Source: a virus. Taken from it: DNA of 64,000 bases. The DNA is taken from the IMG/VR virus record IMGVR_UViG_3300027734_000038, one strand, 5' to 3'. A program made the translations under genes and the position numbers. Below are positions 20,701 through 29,223 of this stretch, piece after piece (position 1 is the first letter of the stretch; the number at the start of each line of letters is the position of its first letter). Below the pieces are notes generated by a model, which was not told where the DNA came from, ran no database searches, and saw only the letters and a program-made list of their open reading frames with translations.

Positions 20701-21028
20701 AGTCAATACAAACATCTATGTTTACTATAAGATTCTTTCTAGAAGTGATACACAGACATTTGATTCAGGCAACTGGCAGTTAATGTCGTTAATTAATAAC
20801 ACTAGTTCATTGTATTCACCAACAAGAGATAGCACTTATGAATTTGTAGCTGCACCTGGTGCTGATGGTGTTGCACAGAACTATGTTGAATATACTAGTG
20901 GTGTAACAGGTCAAACATACAACAATTTTAGTCAGTTTGCAATCAAGATTGTATTGGCAACATCTGATAAGACAGCAGTACCATTCTTATCAGATATTCG
21001 TGCAATCGCTTTACCATCGGCGGTGTAA
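14765..21028 (+). CDS. Large virion structural protein (DUF4815 / VrlC-like)
   Basis: NFNVEPYYDDFD..KNYHRILFKPG.AVQARELTQ.Q; APGADRYKI; RFKNGILVDDF; WDPVAQTF; C-terminal DIRAIAL. Confidence 0.85.
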   Translation: MPLNFNVEPYYDDFDPAKNYHRILFKPGFAVQARELTQSQTILQDQVTKFADNIFKQNTPVTGGQLTTNFQCSYIKLQETYNNAAINVDEFNNKVIQNASGSVLAKVIAVVEATGTGGAGDPPTLIVSYKSGEQFQSNDVIYDNGSNLAAQAISANATGLSSAVSIAQGVFYVSDNYTRSDGITISTGAFVQVNPQTIVVDKYDNTPTNRVGLNITETIVDYVNDPSLLDPAIGASNYQAPGADRYKITLTLESRSLSFGDDDSFIELLRVENGQTVKLVNETVYNVIDDYFAKRTNDTNGDFIVNDYNLTPKANTVNSAEYDLGISKGISYVRGYRLENQSDVTLTNDRARLQSDVTNNPTFVDYGNYFYVNSANGVFDVTTSPQIDFHTVDKTAIVTTNQSSYNSTRAATAYIRSMVYDSTSNTANGSAYVYKAYVYNIQNQTLSANVSQIAPVNANNSYIRLPSTNQFSNVANAYTGVTVSIDSGTSAGDFRTITTYDAAAKIAYVDQPFTVTLANNSVFTLRFDTTDFETMIKSTSGTPYSITANAAINNLNKVNNVAEGDVVLQNPNAPELLFTIGNPFVSYANNSSYTTSQVFRNVSFTTSGGNIVAQLTFGSAPTSTLRFLGNGTLSSDAVSQNFQIIVTNPLSSGLRVGQLLPWNQGSRTCAITGSGGTATFTTPTSDLGPFTATIIAKAFVSNGNDTNFVLKAKNLVEGNTTGVNITGTTVETYTKVDLTNGQVYVANTGIVAPGQPQKLYITDAKRIVKIIDTKSPGTAATNAMLTNPIYDVTSRFTFDNGQRDSYYDFASITLGVGQPQIDGNLLVILDYYSTTGGDGYYSVMSYLSPVSSAPESYAEIPSYMASSGNYYQLRDSLDFRPSLINAQSSFIIRTSSSGSGAAGAYIPVDLTEFESDYGFYLGRFDKLVLSKDRAFEIVQGTPSTNPILPIEPDGSLVIANLYHDPYTAYIPGEATGVLPSLSIERVKHKRWLMRDISDLETRVNNIEYYTALNMLEKGASSLQIPDGNGLNRFKNGILVDDFSSYAAADTASSDYLATINRRTKQMTASQDVQNFPLQSLSLVYNMGQLDATSANNLGYNISQSSTSNFFTLPYSTSNVVTQRIASRTVNLNPFSVSLNSGVLTLSPPMDNWVDTQKSPDLLIVDPNLQVYRASDQVNVLQVGDWKTTVATSTDNVVAAGRNWRVNQVTTYTTEQQKVVLGNYDKLNSSYVETAGFITDVSILPYIRSQFLFFNTYGLTVNTNVNAYFDGVSVNKYVRKPNIIELTGVTGSFKDGDIIGYYSAGNFRPAAKVVSYYVNPAANTTARLYVVGDIVGQTFTAGGVLQNAQFNAAGQYQSTTAQGTIASFRHNSGQVVNANTSTSITLGATASTTDIYTGNTIYIINGTGVGQSATITAYNGATKLANLSSSITTANGDIYSIGTMKTNEAGMISGIFALPGGVFHTGQRTFRVDNSIGGNISSAQTFAEATFYASGLQQTKQGVNYASSIDSAKNTFTQSNERTNITSYTYTTVWDPVAQTFIIDKENYPNGVFVDSIKLFFATKADEFSPVTLSIVGTLNGYPNGETLDNSQVTLTSENINVSSNPHYLDPTTYTVFKFPAPVYLESNKLYAVIVKCPTSNDYTIYTAQNGDTAISSSVKNLPSDPTPTTITKINSAPYVGSLFLSQNSQTWTADQNESMMFTMDRCVFSVGTQPTLQFVVPNRLPYRKLTEQDISYYLSPNTINTSISSAANTNVVVDAFNISTSDFVPGSTSLSYTYGATLNSTKTAAPTQSVTPGKYGTPMYDDIYLNDGLGERVLAANSNTSFSLYANMTTVDDAVSPMISDDGLGVYTITWNINNLELSNSMITVANGGSGYNVNTTSVTITSNTGTGATATANVVGGIIKNIYITNGGSGYATTPVITVADANSSPGIGATVTVAGETSPAGGNGQTRYITKKVILDQGFDSGDLRVYFTAYRPVNTNIYVYYKILSRSDTQTFDSGNWQLMSLINNTSSLYSPTRDSTYEFVAAPGADGVAQNYVEYTSGVTGQTYNNFSQFAIKIVLATSDKTAVPFLSDIRAIALPSAV

Positions 21029-21029
21029 T

Positions 21030-21251
21030 ATGGCAATTGTAAAAATACCTGGCACAACTTATGTAAGGGATACAAATACTATGGCTCTTATTAACACCGA
21101 TGTTGCTGGATTAGAAGATTATAGAATGAAATCGACTCTGATTAATAACCAAAAATCAGAAATAAATAAAGTAAAAAATGAAATCAATGAAATCCGAGGT
21201 GATGTAAAAGTTATCAAAGAATTATTGATGCAATTATCTGGAAAACAATAA
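21030..21251 (+). CDS. Small coiled-coil protein
   Basis: Likely start is the ATG at 21030 (MAIVKIPG..VRDTNTMALIN), just after the previous stop. C-terminal heptads. Confidence 0.7.
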   Translation: MAIVKIPGTTYVRDTNTMALINTDVAGLEDYRMKSTLINNQKSEINKVKNEINEIRGDVKVIKELLMQLSGKQ

Positions 21252-22714
21252 TGGCTAATACAGTTTCTTATCTAAGTTTTGCTAATACATTTGGTGATTG
21301 GGTCGTTGTAACGAATTCTCTGGCACGAGAGAGTAACGACTTTGCGGCCAATAATTATGTTAAGCCAACAGGTACACTCTTTTTAAATTCACCTTCATTA
21401 GGCTTACAAGTAGCAAATAATGCCATTGTTGCTGGTCAATTACAGGTACAAGGTACTGGTTCTGGTGCTTATGTTCAAAACAACTTGCGAGTTGATGGCC
21501 AAGTTACTTTTCAAAATACTACATTAGGATTAACCAATACTGGTGATATGGTAGTAGGTGGTAGTTTATCTGTTGGTGGAAACTTTATTATTACAGGTAG
21601 TACCATCAATAGTTCTAATAGTTTTACATTAAATGCAAATAATATTGTTGGTAGTAATACAACATTCAATGTGTATCGTGGTTCATCTGGTGCCAATGCT
21701 TCTATTTTATGGAACGAAAGTGTTGACCAATGGCAAATTTTAAATCTTACAGATTCAACATACTATAAGATTTTAACAACTAGTGATGTAACATCGTCAT
21801 TATTATCTACAAGTTCTAATACAGCGGCTTCAGCATCAGCAGCTAATACATTGAACACTTCAATTGCAACACAAAATATTGCATTGCAGAGCATTATTAC
21901 TACTGCAAACACTTCTATGAAGTCGTATGTAGATAATGCCAACACATCCATGAAATCTTATGTGGATTCCAATTTTGGTTTAATTTCTGGCATTAATGCA
22001 ACACAGAACTCATCAATCATTATTGCACAAGGTGTAGATAATACTCAAAATACACAGATTTCTGGTATTCAAGGTGTGGATGACACACAAAATACTCGCA
22101 TGAGTATCATTGAAGGTGTGAATGTCACTCAAAACACTAATATTACTTCTGTTAATAACTTTGCTGGTGGTGCTTATACAACTGCTAATGGTGCAAATGG
22201 TCTGGCCGCAGGTGCTTTTGCAGCTGCTAACACCAAAGTCGCTTCAATTACTGGTACAACCAATCAGGTTACTGTAACCGGCACAACTACACCAACATTA
22301 TCTTTACCGCAAAGTATTAATACTGGTGCATCCGTTCAGTTTGGTTCATTTGGCGTAGGTACAGCTGCATCCGGCACAACTGGTGAAATCCGTGCTACCA
22401 ATAACATTACTGCTTACTACTCAGATGATAGACTTAAAACCAAATTAGGCAATATTGAGAGTGCATTAGATAAAGTGTTGTCATTAAATGGTTTCTACCA
22501 TGAAGCCAATGAAACAGCACAAGCATTAGGTTATCAAGTAGTTCGTGAGGTCGGTGTGTCAGCACAAGAGGTCAATGCAGTTCTACCAGAGGTTGTGGCG
22601 CCTGCACCAATTGATCCTCAGTATATGACAGTTCGGTATGAAAGATTAGTTCCTTTGTTAATTGAAGCAATCAAGGAATTGAAGTCGGAGATAGATGGTT
22701 TGAAGAAATCCTAA
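21251..22714 (+). CDS. Tail fibre with C-terminal intramolecular chaperone (peptidase S74)
   Basis: YYSDDRLKT...VGVSAQEV..VLPEVV...V.YERLVPLLIEAIKEL. Confidence 0.85.
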   Translation: MANTVSYLSFANTFGDWVVVTNSLARESNDFAANNYVKPTGTLFLNSPSLGLQVANNAIVAGQLQVQGTGSGAYVQNNLRVDGQVTFQNTTLGLTNTGDMVVGGSLSVGGNFIITGSTINSSNSFTLNANNIVGSNTTFNVYRGSSGANASILWNESVDQWQILNLTDSTYYKILTTSDVTSSLLSTSSNTAASASAANTLNTSIATQNIALQSIITTANTSMKSYVDNANTSMKSYVDSNFGLISGINATQNSSIIIAQGVDNTQNTQISGIQGVDDTQNTRMSIIEGVNVTQNTNITSVNNFAGGAYTTANGANGLAAGAFAAANTKVASITGTTNQVTVTGTTTPTLSLPQSINTGASVQFGSFGVGTAASGTTGEIRATNNITAYYSDDRLKTKLGNIESALDKVLSLNGFYHEANETAQALGYQVVREVGVSAQEVNAVLPEVVAPAPIDPQYMTVRYERLVPLLIEAIKELKSEIDGLKKS

Positions 22715-22787
22715 AATTCGAAATTTTGCGTTCCGGCCTCAAAATTTTTTGCCGCTGATTCAAAGTTCCAAAAAGCGATTTTACTCC
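22713..22787. repeat. Intergenic element, copy 2 of 2
   Basis: See 5428-5503. Followed by the palindrome ACTCCATGGAGT and by CTAAATA at 22803. Confidence 0.85.
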
Positions 22788-22838
22788 ATGGAGTTAGACT
22801 AACTAAATACCTAAGAAACATTATATACAGGATATAAG

Positions 22839-23180
22839 ATGGCAGCAGCATATCAAGAACTATTTCTAGAACAAGGTACAACATTTACCACCAATATCAC
22901 ACTAGATGATATTGATGGACTCCCTTTCAATTTGACTGATGTTATCGCTAAAAGTCAGATTCGTAAGTCATACTATTCGGCCAATGTAACCGCTCAGTTT
23001 ACTACCACTATTAATTCTCCTAATACAGGAGTTATTCTATTGTCTTTATCAGCACCAGTCACAGCCAATATTGCGGCTGGCCGATATGTATATGATGTAG
23101 CAATTAAAGATACCGCTAATACTGTAACTAGAGTATTAGAAGGAGTCGTGAATGTTATTCCTCAAGTCACTAAGTTTTAA
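22839..23180 (+). CDS. Small virion adaptor protein
   Basis: LEQGTTF...QIRKSY...GRYVYDV...TRVLEG.V.V.PQVT. First gene after the intergenic element. Confidence 0.65.
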   Translation: MAAAYQELFLEQGTTFTTNITLDDIDGLPFNLTDVIAKSQIRKSYYSANVTAQFTTTINSPNTGVILLSLSAPVTANIAAGRYVYDVAIKDTANTVTRVLEGVVNVIPQVTKF

Positions 23181-23189
23181 GGAACTTTC

Positions 23190-23411
23190 ATGCCAGGACA
23201 AGTAATCGGAACAGTTAATGTTCAAGTAAACAAACAACAAAACCAGACTGTTCGTCAGTTAAATTATGGTATACGGTCATTACAAGGTTCTACAGACCTT
23301 TCGTTGGTCAACGTTCAAAACGATGATGTGATTGCTTATCAAGCAAATACGAATAGTTTTATTGTTAAATCCGTTCAAGATGCTGTGGACTTAGATGCAG
23401 GATTCTTCTAA
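23190..23411 (+). CDS. Small fibre connector ending in DAGFF
   Basis: 73-aa ORF with upstream AAGGA RBS and a C-terminal DxGxF motif. Confidence 0.6.
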   Translation: MPGQVIGTVNVQVNKQQNQTVRQLNYGIRSLQGSTDLSLVNVQNDDVIAYQANTNSFIVKSVQDAVDLDAGFF

Positions 23412-23608
23412 TGGCTAATACAGTCGTTCAGATTCTTCGTTCATATGCCAATACAGCACCAAAAAGTTTAGAAGATGGTGAGTTAGCGTATTCCTTTGTT
23501 TCCAATACGCTTTTTATTGGAACAGCGAATAGTCAAATCATTCAAATAGGCGGTCCAAATTATATTGCCAACGTCACCATTAATACGGTAGACGGTGGTG
23601 GATTTTAA
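23411..23608 (+). CDS. Minimal Mtd-N-like connector ending in DGGGF
   Basis: QILRS...P.SL..GELAYS motif shared with 23651 and 25990. Confidence 0.65.
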   Translation: MANTVVQILRSYANTAPKSLEDGELAYSFVSNTLFIGTANSQIIQIGGPNYIANVTINTVDGGGF

Positions 23609-23650
23609 TAAATAGAACTGATGGTACCATAATAATAAGAGAGAAAATAG

Positions 23651-25426
23651 ATGGCCAATACTAATATTTTAATTAAACGCTCGACCACAACTGGCGTTCC
23701 CGTCAGTTTACAAGCTGGTGAGTTAGCGTATTCATACCTATCCAATACAATCTTTATTGGAACACCAGGTGGAAATGGTGTTGTTAACGTTGGAGGTCAA
23801 TATTATACTTCTCAAGTTGATGCAGCTACCAGTTCAAATACTGCTAGCACATTAGTCAAGCGTAATGCGAATGGTCAATTCTCTGGTCGGTTAGATGGTA
23901 TTGCTGGTAAAGCTGATGTAATTACCAATGCAAGAAACTTCTCTATTTCTGGTGGTGATATCACTGCCTCAGCACAAAGTTTTGATGGTTCGGCCGCTGT
24001 CACTTTAAGTGCTTCTCTTAATGCAGTACCTTCTCTCGGTGCTGGTACTTACGGTTCTCAAACACAGATTCCAATCATTCAAGTGGCGGCCAATGGTCGT
24101 GTAATGAATGTTACAACTTCAACCATTTCTACAACTCTCTCTACTGCTGCTGATTCTGGAACTGGTTCTGTTAATCTATTAAACGATACATTAAGATTTG
24201 TTGGTGCTGAAGGTATTACAACATCAGACTCTAGCAATACAGTCACATTTAATGTTGATGATACAGTTGTTCGTTCTAATGCCTTTACTGGTGGCACACA
24301 GACAATCAACACCAATTTAACGATTGGTTCAGGAAAAGATTTAACTGTTACGGGTAACTTAATCGTTACAGGTAACGTAGTATCAGAAAACGTTACGCAA
24401 TTTGCTATTCAAGATCCATTACTTGTTCTTGGTATTGGTAACTATTTTTCTGATACAAAAGATATTGGTTTCGCAGCACACTATAATGATGGTTCGAATG
24501 CTCACACCGGTTTGATTCGTGATTCTAATGCTAGTAAAGAATATTATTTCTTTGAAGGTTATATACCCGACCTTGATGCAAACAACAACGTAAATATTAC
24601 CGACCCATCATTTAGAAAATCAAATGTTCATGTTAACTACCTTAAAGGTAATGTAGTTGCAAACACAATATCAACCGATACAATCACCACAACAGGTAAT
24701 GTAACAATTGGTGGTAATTTAGTAGTTGCTCAAGACATTGTAATTGATGACCTACAAGTTGATGTAATTACTGCAAATACATTAACACTCACCAATGCTC
24801 TTACAGTACCAAATGGTGGTACAGGTAAAACATCATTCACTTCTGGTCAAATTATTATTGGTTCTGGTGTAAATGGTCTTACACAGATTGCTAACTCAAC
24901 TGTTGCTGTTGGTCAAACTTTTGGATCCGCATCTTCTGTTGCTGCATTTCAAACTGATGTATATGGTCGTGTAGTTTCTGTAACGAATACTGCAATCAGT
25001 ATCGATACATCACAGATTACTTCTGGTACATTACCTTATACTCGTGGTGGTACAGGTTCCACAACTTACACAACAGGTGGTTTGTTAATTGCTGGTCCTT
25101 CTGGATTTGCATCACTCGCAAATACAACTTATACATTAACTGGTGCTCTTGCTTCCAATAATACAATCACAAGTATTACTGTTGATGCATATGGAAGATT
25201 CACTGCTGCAACCGGTTCTGCAATTTCTGGTTTAACTGTAGGTCAAGGTGGTACAGGACTCTCAACGATTACACAAAACGGTATCACATATGGTAACGGA
25301 ACAGGAAATCTAGGTGTAACATCAGCTGCAGGTGGCGCAGACCAAACTTGGTCAAATCAAATACTGACAGTTACTAATGCTGGTGTGCCTGTATGGACAA
25401 CTGCTTTAGACGGAGGCCAGTTCTAA
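23651..25426 (+). CDS. Fibre protein (Mtd-N-like N-terminus, C-terminal DGGQF)
   Basis: IKRS...GELAYS; VxxxGRV and GGTG fibre repeats; a DIGF.HYN.GSNAHTGL.RD domain shared with 27065. Confidence 0.75.
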   Translation: MANTNILIKRSTTTGVPVSLQAGELAYSYLSNTIFIGTPGGNGVVNVGGQYYTSQVDAATSSNTASTLVKRNANGQFSGRLDGIAGKADVITNARNFSISGGDITASAQSFDGSAAVTLSASLNAVPSLGAGTYGSQTQIPIIQVAANGRVMNVTTSTISTTLSTAADSGTGSVNLLNDTLRFVGAEGITTSDSSNTVTFNVDDTVVRSNAFTGGTQTINTNLTIGSGKDLTVTGNLIVTGNVVSENVTQFAIQDPLLVLGIGNYFSDTKDIGFAAHYNDGSNAHTGLIRDSNASKEYYFFEGYIPDLDANNNVNITDPSFRKSNVHVNYLKGNVVANTISTDTITTTGNVTIGGNLVVAQDIVIDDLQVDVITANTLTLTNALTVPNGGTGKTSFTSGQIIIGSGVNGLTQIANSTVAVGQTFGSASSVAAFQTDVYGRVVSVTNTAISIDTSQITSGTLPYTRGGTGSTTYTTGGLLIAGPSGFASLANTTYTLTGALASNNTITSITVDAYGRFTAATGSAISGLTVGQGGTGLSTITQNGITYGNGTGNLGVTSAAGGADQTWSNQILTVTNAGVPVWTTALDGGQF

Positions 25427-25463
25427 ATAGTAACTATATAATTTTTTATGATAGGAGTTTGAG

Positions 25464-25985
25464 ATGGATAACCAAAAGTATTTGAATTATTATGTTGAAA
25501 TAATGACTGGCACAATGACTGATGCCGTGATTAGAAATATTTCATTACAGGCTAATGCAAGAGTTACTGAAGAAGTAATTGATGAACAATCAAAAACAAT
25601 TGAGAAATTAAAAAATGATTTGGAAAATGTTAATTCTGGTAAAGACGGTACAATTAAAGGTCATTTAGATACTATTAATAGTTTAAATAATCAGCTGTCT
25701 GAACTAAACAAAATGAAAGGTGATTACGAAACTGTCAAACATCAAGTTGACCATGTAAATACTTTTAGAAGTGAATTGGTTAAAGAACGAGCAGAGCATT
25801 TAAAAACTCGTAAAGAATATGAAAACACTATTAAAGGATTGAATGAACAAATTGAATACTTGCAATTAACTCCTGCCAAGCGTAAAAAGATTGACGAAGA
25901 AAAAAATAAAGTGGTAGAAGTAATAGAACAATCTTCTGTTTTACCTATCATAGATGACCTAACAAAAGATGGCGGAAGTTTTTAA
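25464..25985 (+). CDS. Coiled-coil hypothetical protein ending in DGGSF
   Basis: Charged heptad-rich sequence. AGGAG RBS. Confidence 0.65.
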   Translation: MDNQKYLNYYVEIMTGTMTDAVIRNISLQANARVTEEVIDEQSKTIEKLKNDLENVNSGKDGTIKGHLDTINSLNNQLSELNKMKGDYETVKHQVDHVNTFRSELVKERAEHLKTRKEYENTIKGLNEQIEYLQLTPAKRKKIDEEKNKVVEVIEQSSVLPIIDDLTKDGGSF

Positions 25986-25989
25986 ATAG

Positions 25990-27024
25990 ATGGCAAATAC
26001 AACTTTACAGTTAAAAAAATCAGGCGCAACAGGTAATGTACCATCATCACTATCATATGGTGAGTTGGCGTTAAACTACGCTGATGGAAAACTGTATTAT
26101 AAGGCCGCTAATGGCACCATCACTTATATTCAAAGTGGTACATCAACAGATTCGTTTGCAACAATCAATGCAAACAGTTCTTTAATTCTTGCTACATCAC
26201 CTACTGATACACTTTCGATACGTCCTGGTAATAATATTACCATATCGACAGATACAGTTGGTAAATCAATTACAATTAATTCTACTGCTACTGGTGGTAG
26301 TGGTGATGGTACCGACCAGTTTGCTCGCAATACAGCTAACGCAGCCTTCAATCAAGCCAATGCGGCGATTGACTTAGCACAGTCTGCTTATAATTATGCA
26401 AATACAATTCCAGGTGGTGGCGGTGGTACATTAACAGTTTCAAATGATACTACATCTAACACAGCAAGATTTATTAACTTCACAAGTAATACTTCTGGTG
26501 CAATCAGCACCATTAATACTTCTAGTAATAATTTAACTTATGTTCCAGAAACAGGAACATTAAAAACTTTAGCATTAAATGTAACAGCCAATACCAATAT
26601 CTCAGCGAATAGTGCAACTGTGGTTGGTACCAGTCAACAAGTCTTGGATAGTTTTTCCACAGAACTGTATCGTGGTGCGTTCTATCAGATTCAGATGGAA
26701 ACACCAGGTGGTTTTCAAGTTTTAAATATTAGTATTGTTAACTCCGAAAGTAGTGCTCAAGTTACTACCTTTGGTGATGCATATAATGCCTCAGTTTTGG
26801 CAACTTTTGATGCAAGTGTTTCGGGTGGTTTAGTTCAACTCAAAATTACTCCAACACAATCATCTACAACAGTATCATATTTAAGACACGCATTAGTCAA
26901 ACTAACGGCAGGTATTCCTACTGGTGACATGGGTTTCGTTGCGGATCCAACCACAGCAACCTTTGATGCCGGATTTGACTTAGATGCAACCACTTCTACT
27001 TACGATTACGGTTTTGTGAGCTGA
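25990..27024 (+). CDS. Fibre protein (Mtd-N-like start, YRxAxY domain, three C-terminal DxGF motifs)
   Basis: LKKS...GELALNYADGKLYY; LDSF..LYRGAFYQIQ; DMGFV, DAGFD, DYGFVS. Confidence 0.7.
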   Translation: MANTTLQLKKSGATGNVPSSLSYGELALNYADGKLYYKAANGTITYIQSGTSTDSFATINANSSLILATSPTDTLSIRPGNNITISTDTVGKSITINSTATGGSGDGTDQFARNTANAAFNQANAAIDLAQSAYNYANTIPGGGGGTLTVSNDTTSNTARFINFTSNTSGAISTINTSSNNLTYVPETGTLKTLALNVTANTNISANSATVVGTSQQVLDSFSTELYRGAFYQIQMETPGGFQVLNISIVNSESSAQVTTFGDAYNASVLATFDASVSGGLVQLKITPTQSSTTVSYLRHALVKLTAGIPTGDMGFVADPTTATFDAGFDLDATTSTYDYGFVS

Positions 27025-27064
27025 TAAATACAAGATAATACAGATATTTTAGGATATAATAAAG

Positions 27065-28612
27065 ATGGCCACACAATTACAACTGAGAAAAGGTAATACC
27101 GCACAGACCGCAGTCTTTACAGGTGCAGTCGCTGAGGTTACTGTTGATACTGACCAAGATACCGTTGTTGTCCATGACGGCACAACTGTTGGCGGTAACT
27201 ATATTGTTACTAAAACACAATTACAAAGTAACGTATCGATACTACAAGGTATCAACACTACACAAAATACCAATATTACAGCTGTCAACGGATATGCCGC
27301 TGGTGCTTTCAATGCAGCCAATGGTGCCAATGGTTTAGCTGCCGGTGCTTTTGCAGCTGCCAATACCAACGCCACAAATATTACAATCATTCAAGGTGTA
27401 AACACCACACAAAATACCAACATTACCGCAGTAAACAACTATGCTGTTTCTGCATACAATCAAGCTAACACCAATGCAACCAACATTACAGCAGTAAATG
27501 GTTTTGCTCAGTCAGCATTTAATACTGCCAATGGTGCGAATGGTTTGGCTGCAGGTGCTTTTAATCAGGCAAACTCGGCATATTCTTATACTACACAAGT
27601 AGAAGCTATTGCACAAAATGGATGGAACAAAGCTAATGCTGCTTTTAATTCGTCCAATGCAGTAAATGGTTTTGCCGTATCGGCCTACAATCAGGCAAAC
27701 GCATCTACTCTTTTAGCACAATCAGCCTACGACACAGCCAATCTAAAGTTCAATACTTCTGGTGGTAATATTAATGGTTCAGTTACTATTACAGCTAATA
27801 ATAATTTAACTGTTACTGGTAACTTATATGTTCTAGGAAATACAACATCATTTTCTACACAAACATTTGATGTAGTTGACCCAATGATTCTGTTGGCAAC
27901 AGGAAACTATACAACTGATACATTAGACATTGGTTTTGCAGGACATTATAATAATGGTTCCAATGCTCATACAGGTTTGTTCCGAGATGCAGCAGGCACT
28001 AAAGAGTGGTACCTATTTGAAGGTTATACTCCTGAAGTTACTGGTAATAACAACATTAATGTTGCTGACAGTTCATTTAGAACATCCAATGTAAATGTTA
28101 ATTATGTAAAAGGTAATCTAATTGCTACAACAGCAATTGTTGGTGACCGTAATATACTAAATTATACACAGTCAGCTTTTGATACTGCCAACACGGCCAA
28201 TACAAGAGCATATGCTTCTGTTGCCAAGTCTGGCGATACAATGACTGGTGCATTGACTGGTGTAACAACACTTGGTACAACTACAATTAGTTTATCTCAT
28301 GTAGATGCCACAAGTAATACATTATTAACATCATCTACATCACAAGTTTCTGTTGATGCATGGCCAACAGCCACATATCGTTCTGCCAAATACTTTGTTC
28401 AAATTTCTTCTGGTACTGATTTTCATATTATTGAATTAAATCTACTTCACAATGGTACTACAGTATTCTTGGCACAATATGGTGAAGTATTAACTAGTTC
28501 TTCTTTAGGAACATTTGATGCTGATATTTCTGGTTCAACAGTTCGTCTATTGTTTACTGGTGTAAATGCAGTATCAACAGTCAAACTTTTAAGAACTGTG
28601 GTGGATGCATAA
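27065..28612 (+). CDS. Fibre protein (Mtd-N-like start, C-terminal YRSAKY domain)
   Basis: MATQLQLRKG...EVTVDTD..TVVVHDG; AxxxAN coiled-coil repeats; YRSAKYFVQ...LHNG. Confidence 0.75.
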   Translation: MATQLQLRKGNTAQTAVFTGAVAEVTVDTDQDTVVVHDGTTVGGNYIVTKTQLQSNVSILQGINTTQNTNITAVNGYAAGAFNAANGANGLAAGAFAAANTNATNITIIQGVNTTQNTNITAVNNYAVSAYNQANTNATNITAVNGFAQSAFNTANGANGLAAGAFNQANSAYSYTTQVEAIAQNGWNKANAAFNSSNAVNGFAVSAYNQANASTLLAQSAYDTANLKFNTSGGNINGSVTITANNNLTVTGNLYVLGNTTSFSTQTFDVVDPMILLATGNYTTDTLDIGFAGHYNNGSNAHTGLFRDAAGTKEWYLFEGYTPEVTGNNNINVADSSFRTSNVNVNYVKGNLIATTAIVGDRNILNYTQSAFDTANTANTRAYASVAKSGDTMTGALTGVTTLGTTTISLSHVDATSNTLLTSSTSQVSVDAWPTATYRSAKYFVQISSGTDFHIIELNLLHNGTTVFLAQYGEVLTSSSLGTFDADISGSTVRLLFTGVNAVSTVKLLRTVVDA

Positions 28613-28618
28613 TAAATA
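28612..28618 (+). promoter_or_regulatory. Late promoter candidate (ATAAATA)
   Basis: Intergenic, before the oxygenase. The same core also occurs at 23608, 25423, 27024 and 30353. Confidence 0.5.
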
Positions 28619-28647
28619 GTTTTATCATGTAAAAAAGTGAGGTTGTT

Positions 28648-29223
28648 ATGAGAGGTGAATGGTGTTATTTTGGGAAGTATTTTACTCCCGAGCAGTGCAG
28701 TAGAATATTAGAAAATGGATTAAAAATACCGGCACAAGACGCCAAGTTAGGCGTTGCCGGTATGAATGATTATAGTAATGATTCGTTCCGCAAATCCAAA
28801 ATCCGTTTTATTCAATCTGATAACCCCGATTTTAAGTGGCTCTTTGATGAGTTATTAAAAATGGGTATGCAGGCCAATAAAGATTGGTTCAATTTTCATA
28901 TTACCAATCTATCATATATTCAATTAGCCGAATACGATGAATCATATCAAGGTGAATACAAGAAACACCATGATGTGTTTTGGGTAAACAATGATAGTTA
29001 CCATCGTAAACTTACCTGTGTAATTCAACTTACAGACCCATCAGAGTATGAGGGTGGTGACCTAGAGTTGTTTGAACTATCTGAATATCCAAACAAAGAC
29101 GAACTACGCCAGCAAGGCACAGCAATCTTCTTCCCGTCTTTTATTCCACATCAAGCACATCCAGTAACAAAAGGTAAACGATATAGTATTGCAGTATGGT
29201 TTGAAGGAGATAAGTGGAAATGA
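28648..29223 (+). CDS. 2OG-Fe(II) oxygenase (PKHD/prolyl-hydroxylase-like)
   Basis: HxD (KHHD), RKLT.VIQL, YEGGDL, FPSF.PH...VTKG.RYS...W. Confidence 0.9.
   Translation: MRGEWCYFGKYFTPEQCSRILENGLKIPAQDAKLGVAGMNDYSNDSFRKSKIRFIQSDNPDFKWLFDELLKMGMQANKDWFNFHITNLSYIQLAEYDESYQGEYKKHHDVFWVNNDSYHRKLTCVIQLTDPSEYEGGDLELFELSEYPNKDELRQQGTAIFFPSFIPHQAHPVTKGKRYSIAVWFEGDKWK

Noticed and set aside
20937-21029. Longer N-termini given in the ORF track (also 29214, 39028, 45858, 46388, 49201, 50309)
   Set aside because: Downstream ATGs fit stop/start coupling, RBS position and paralogue alignments better.
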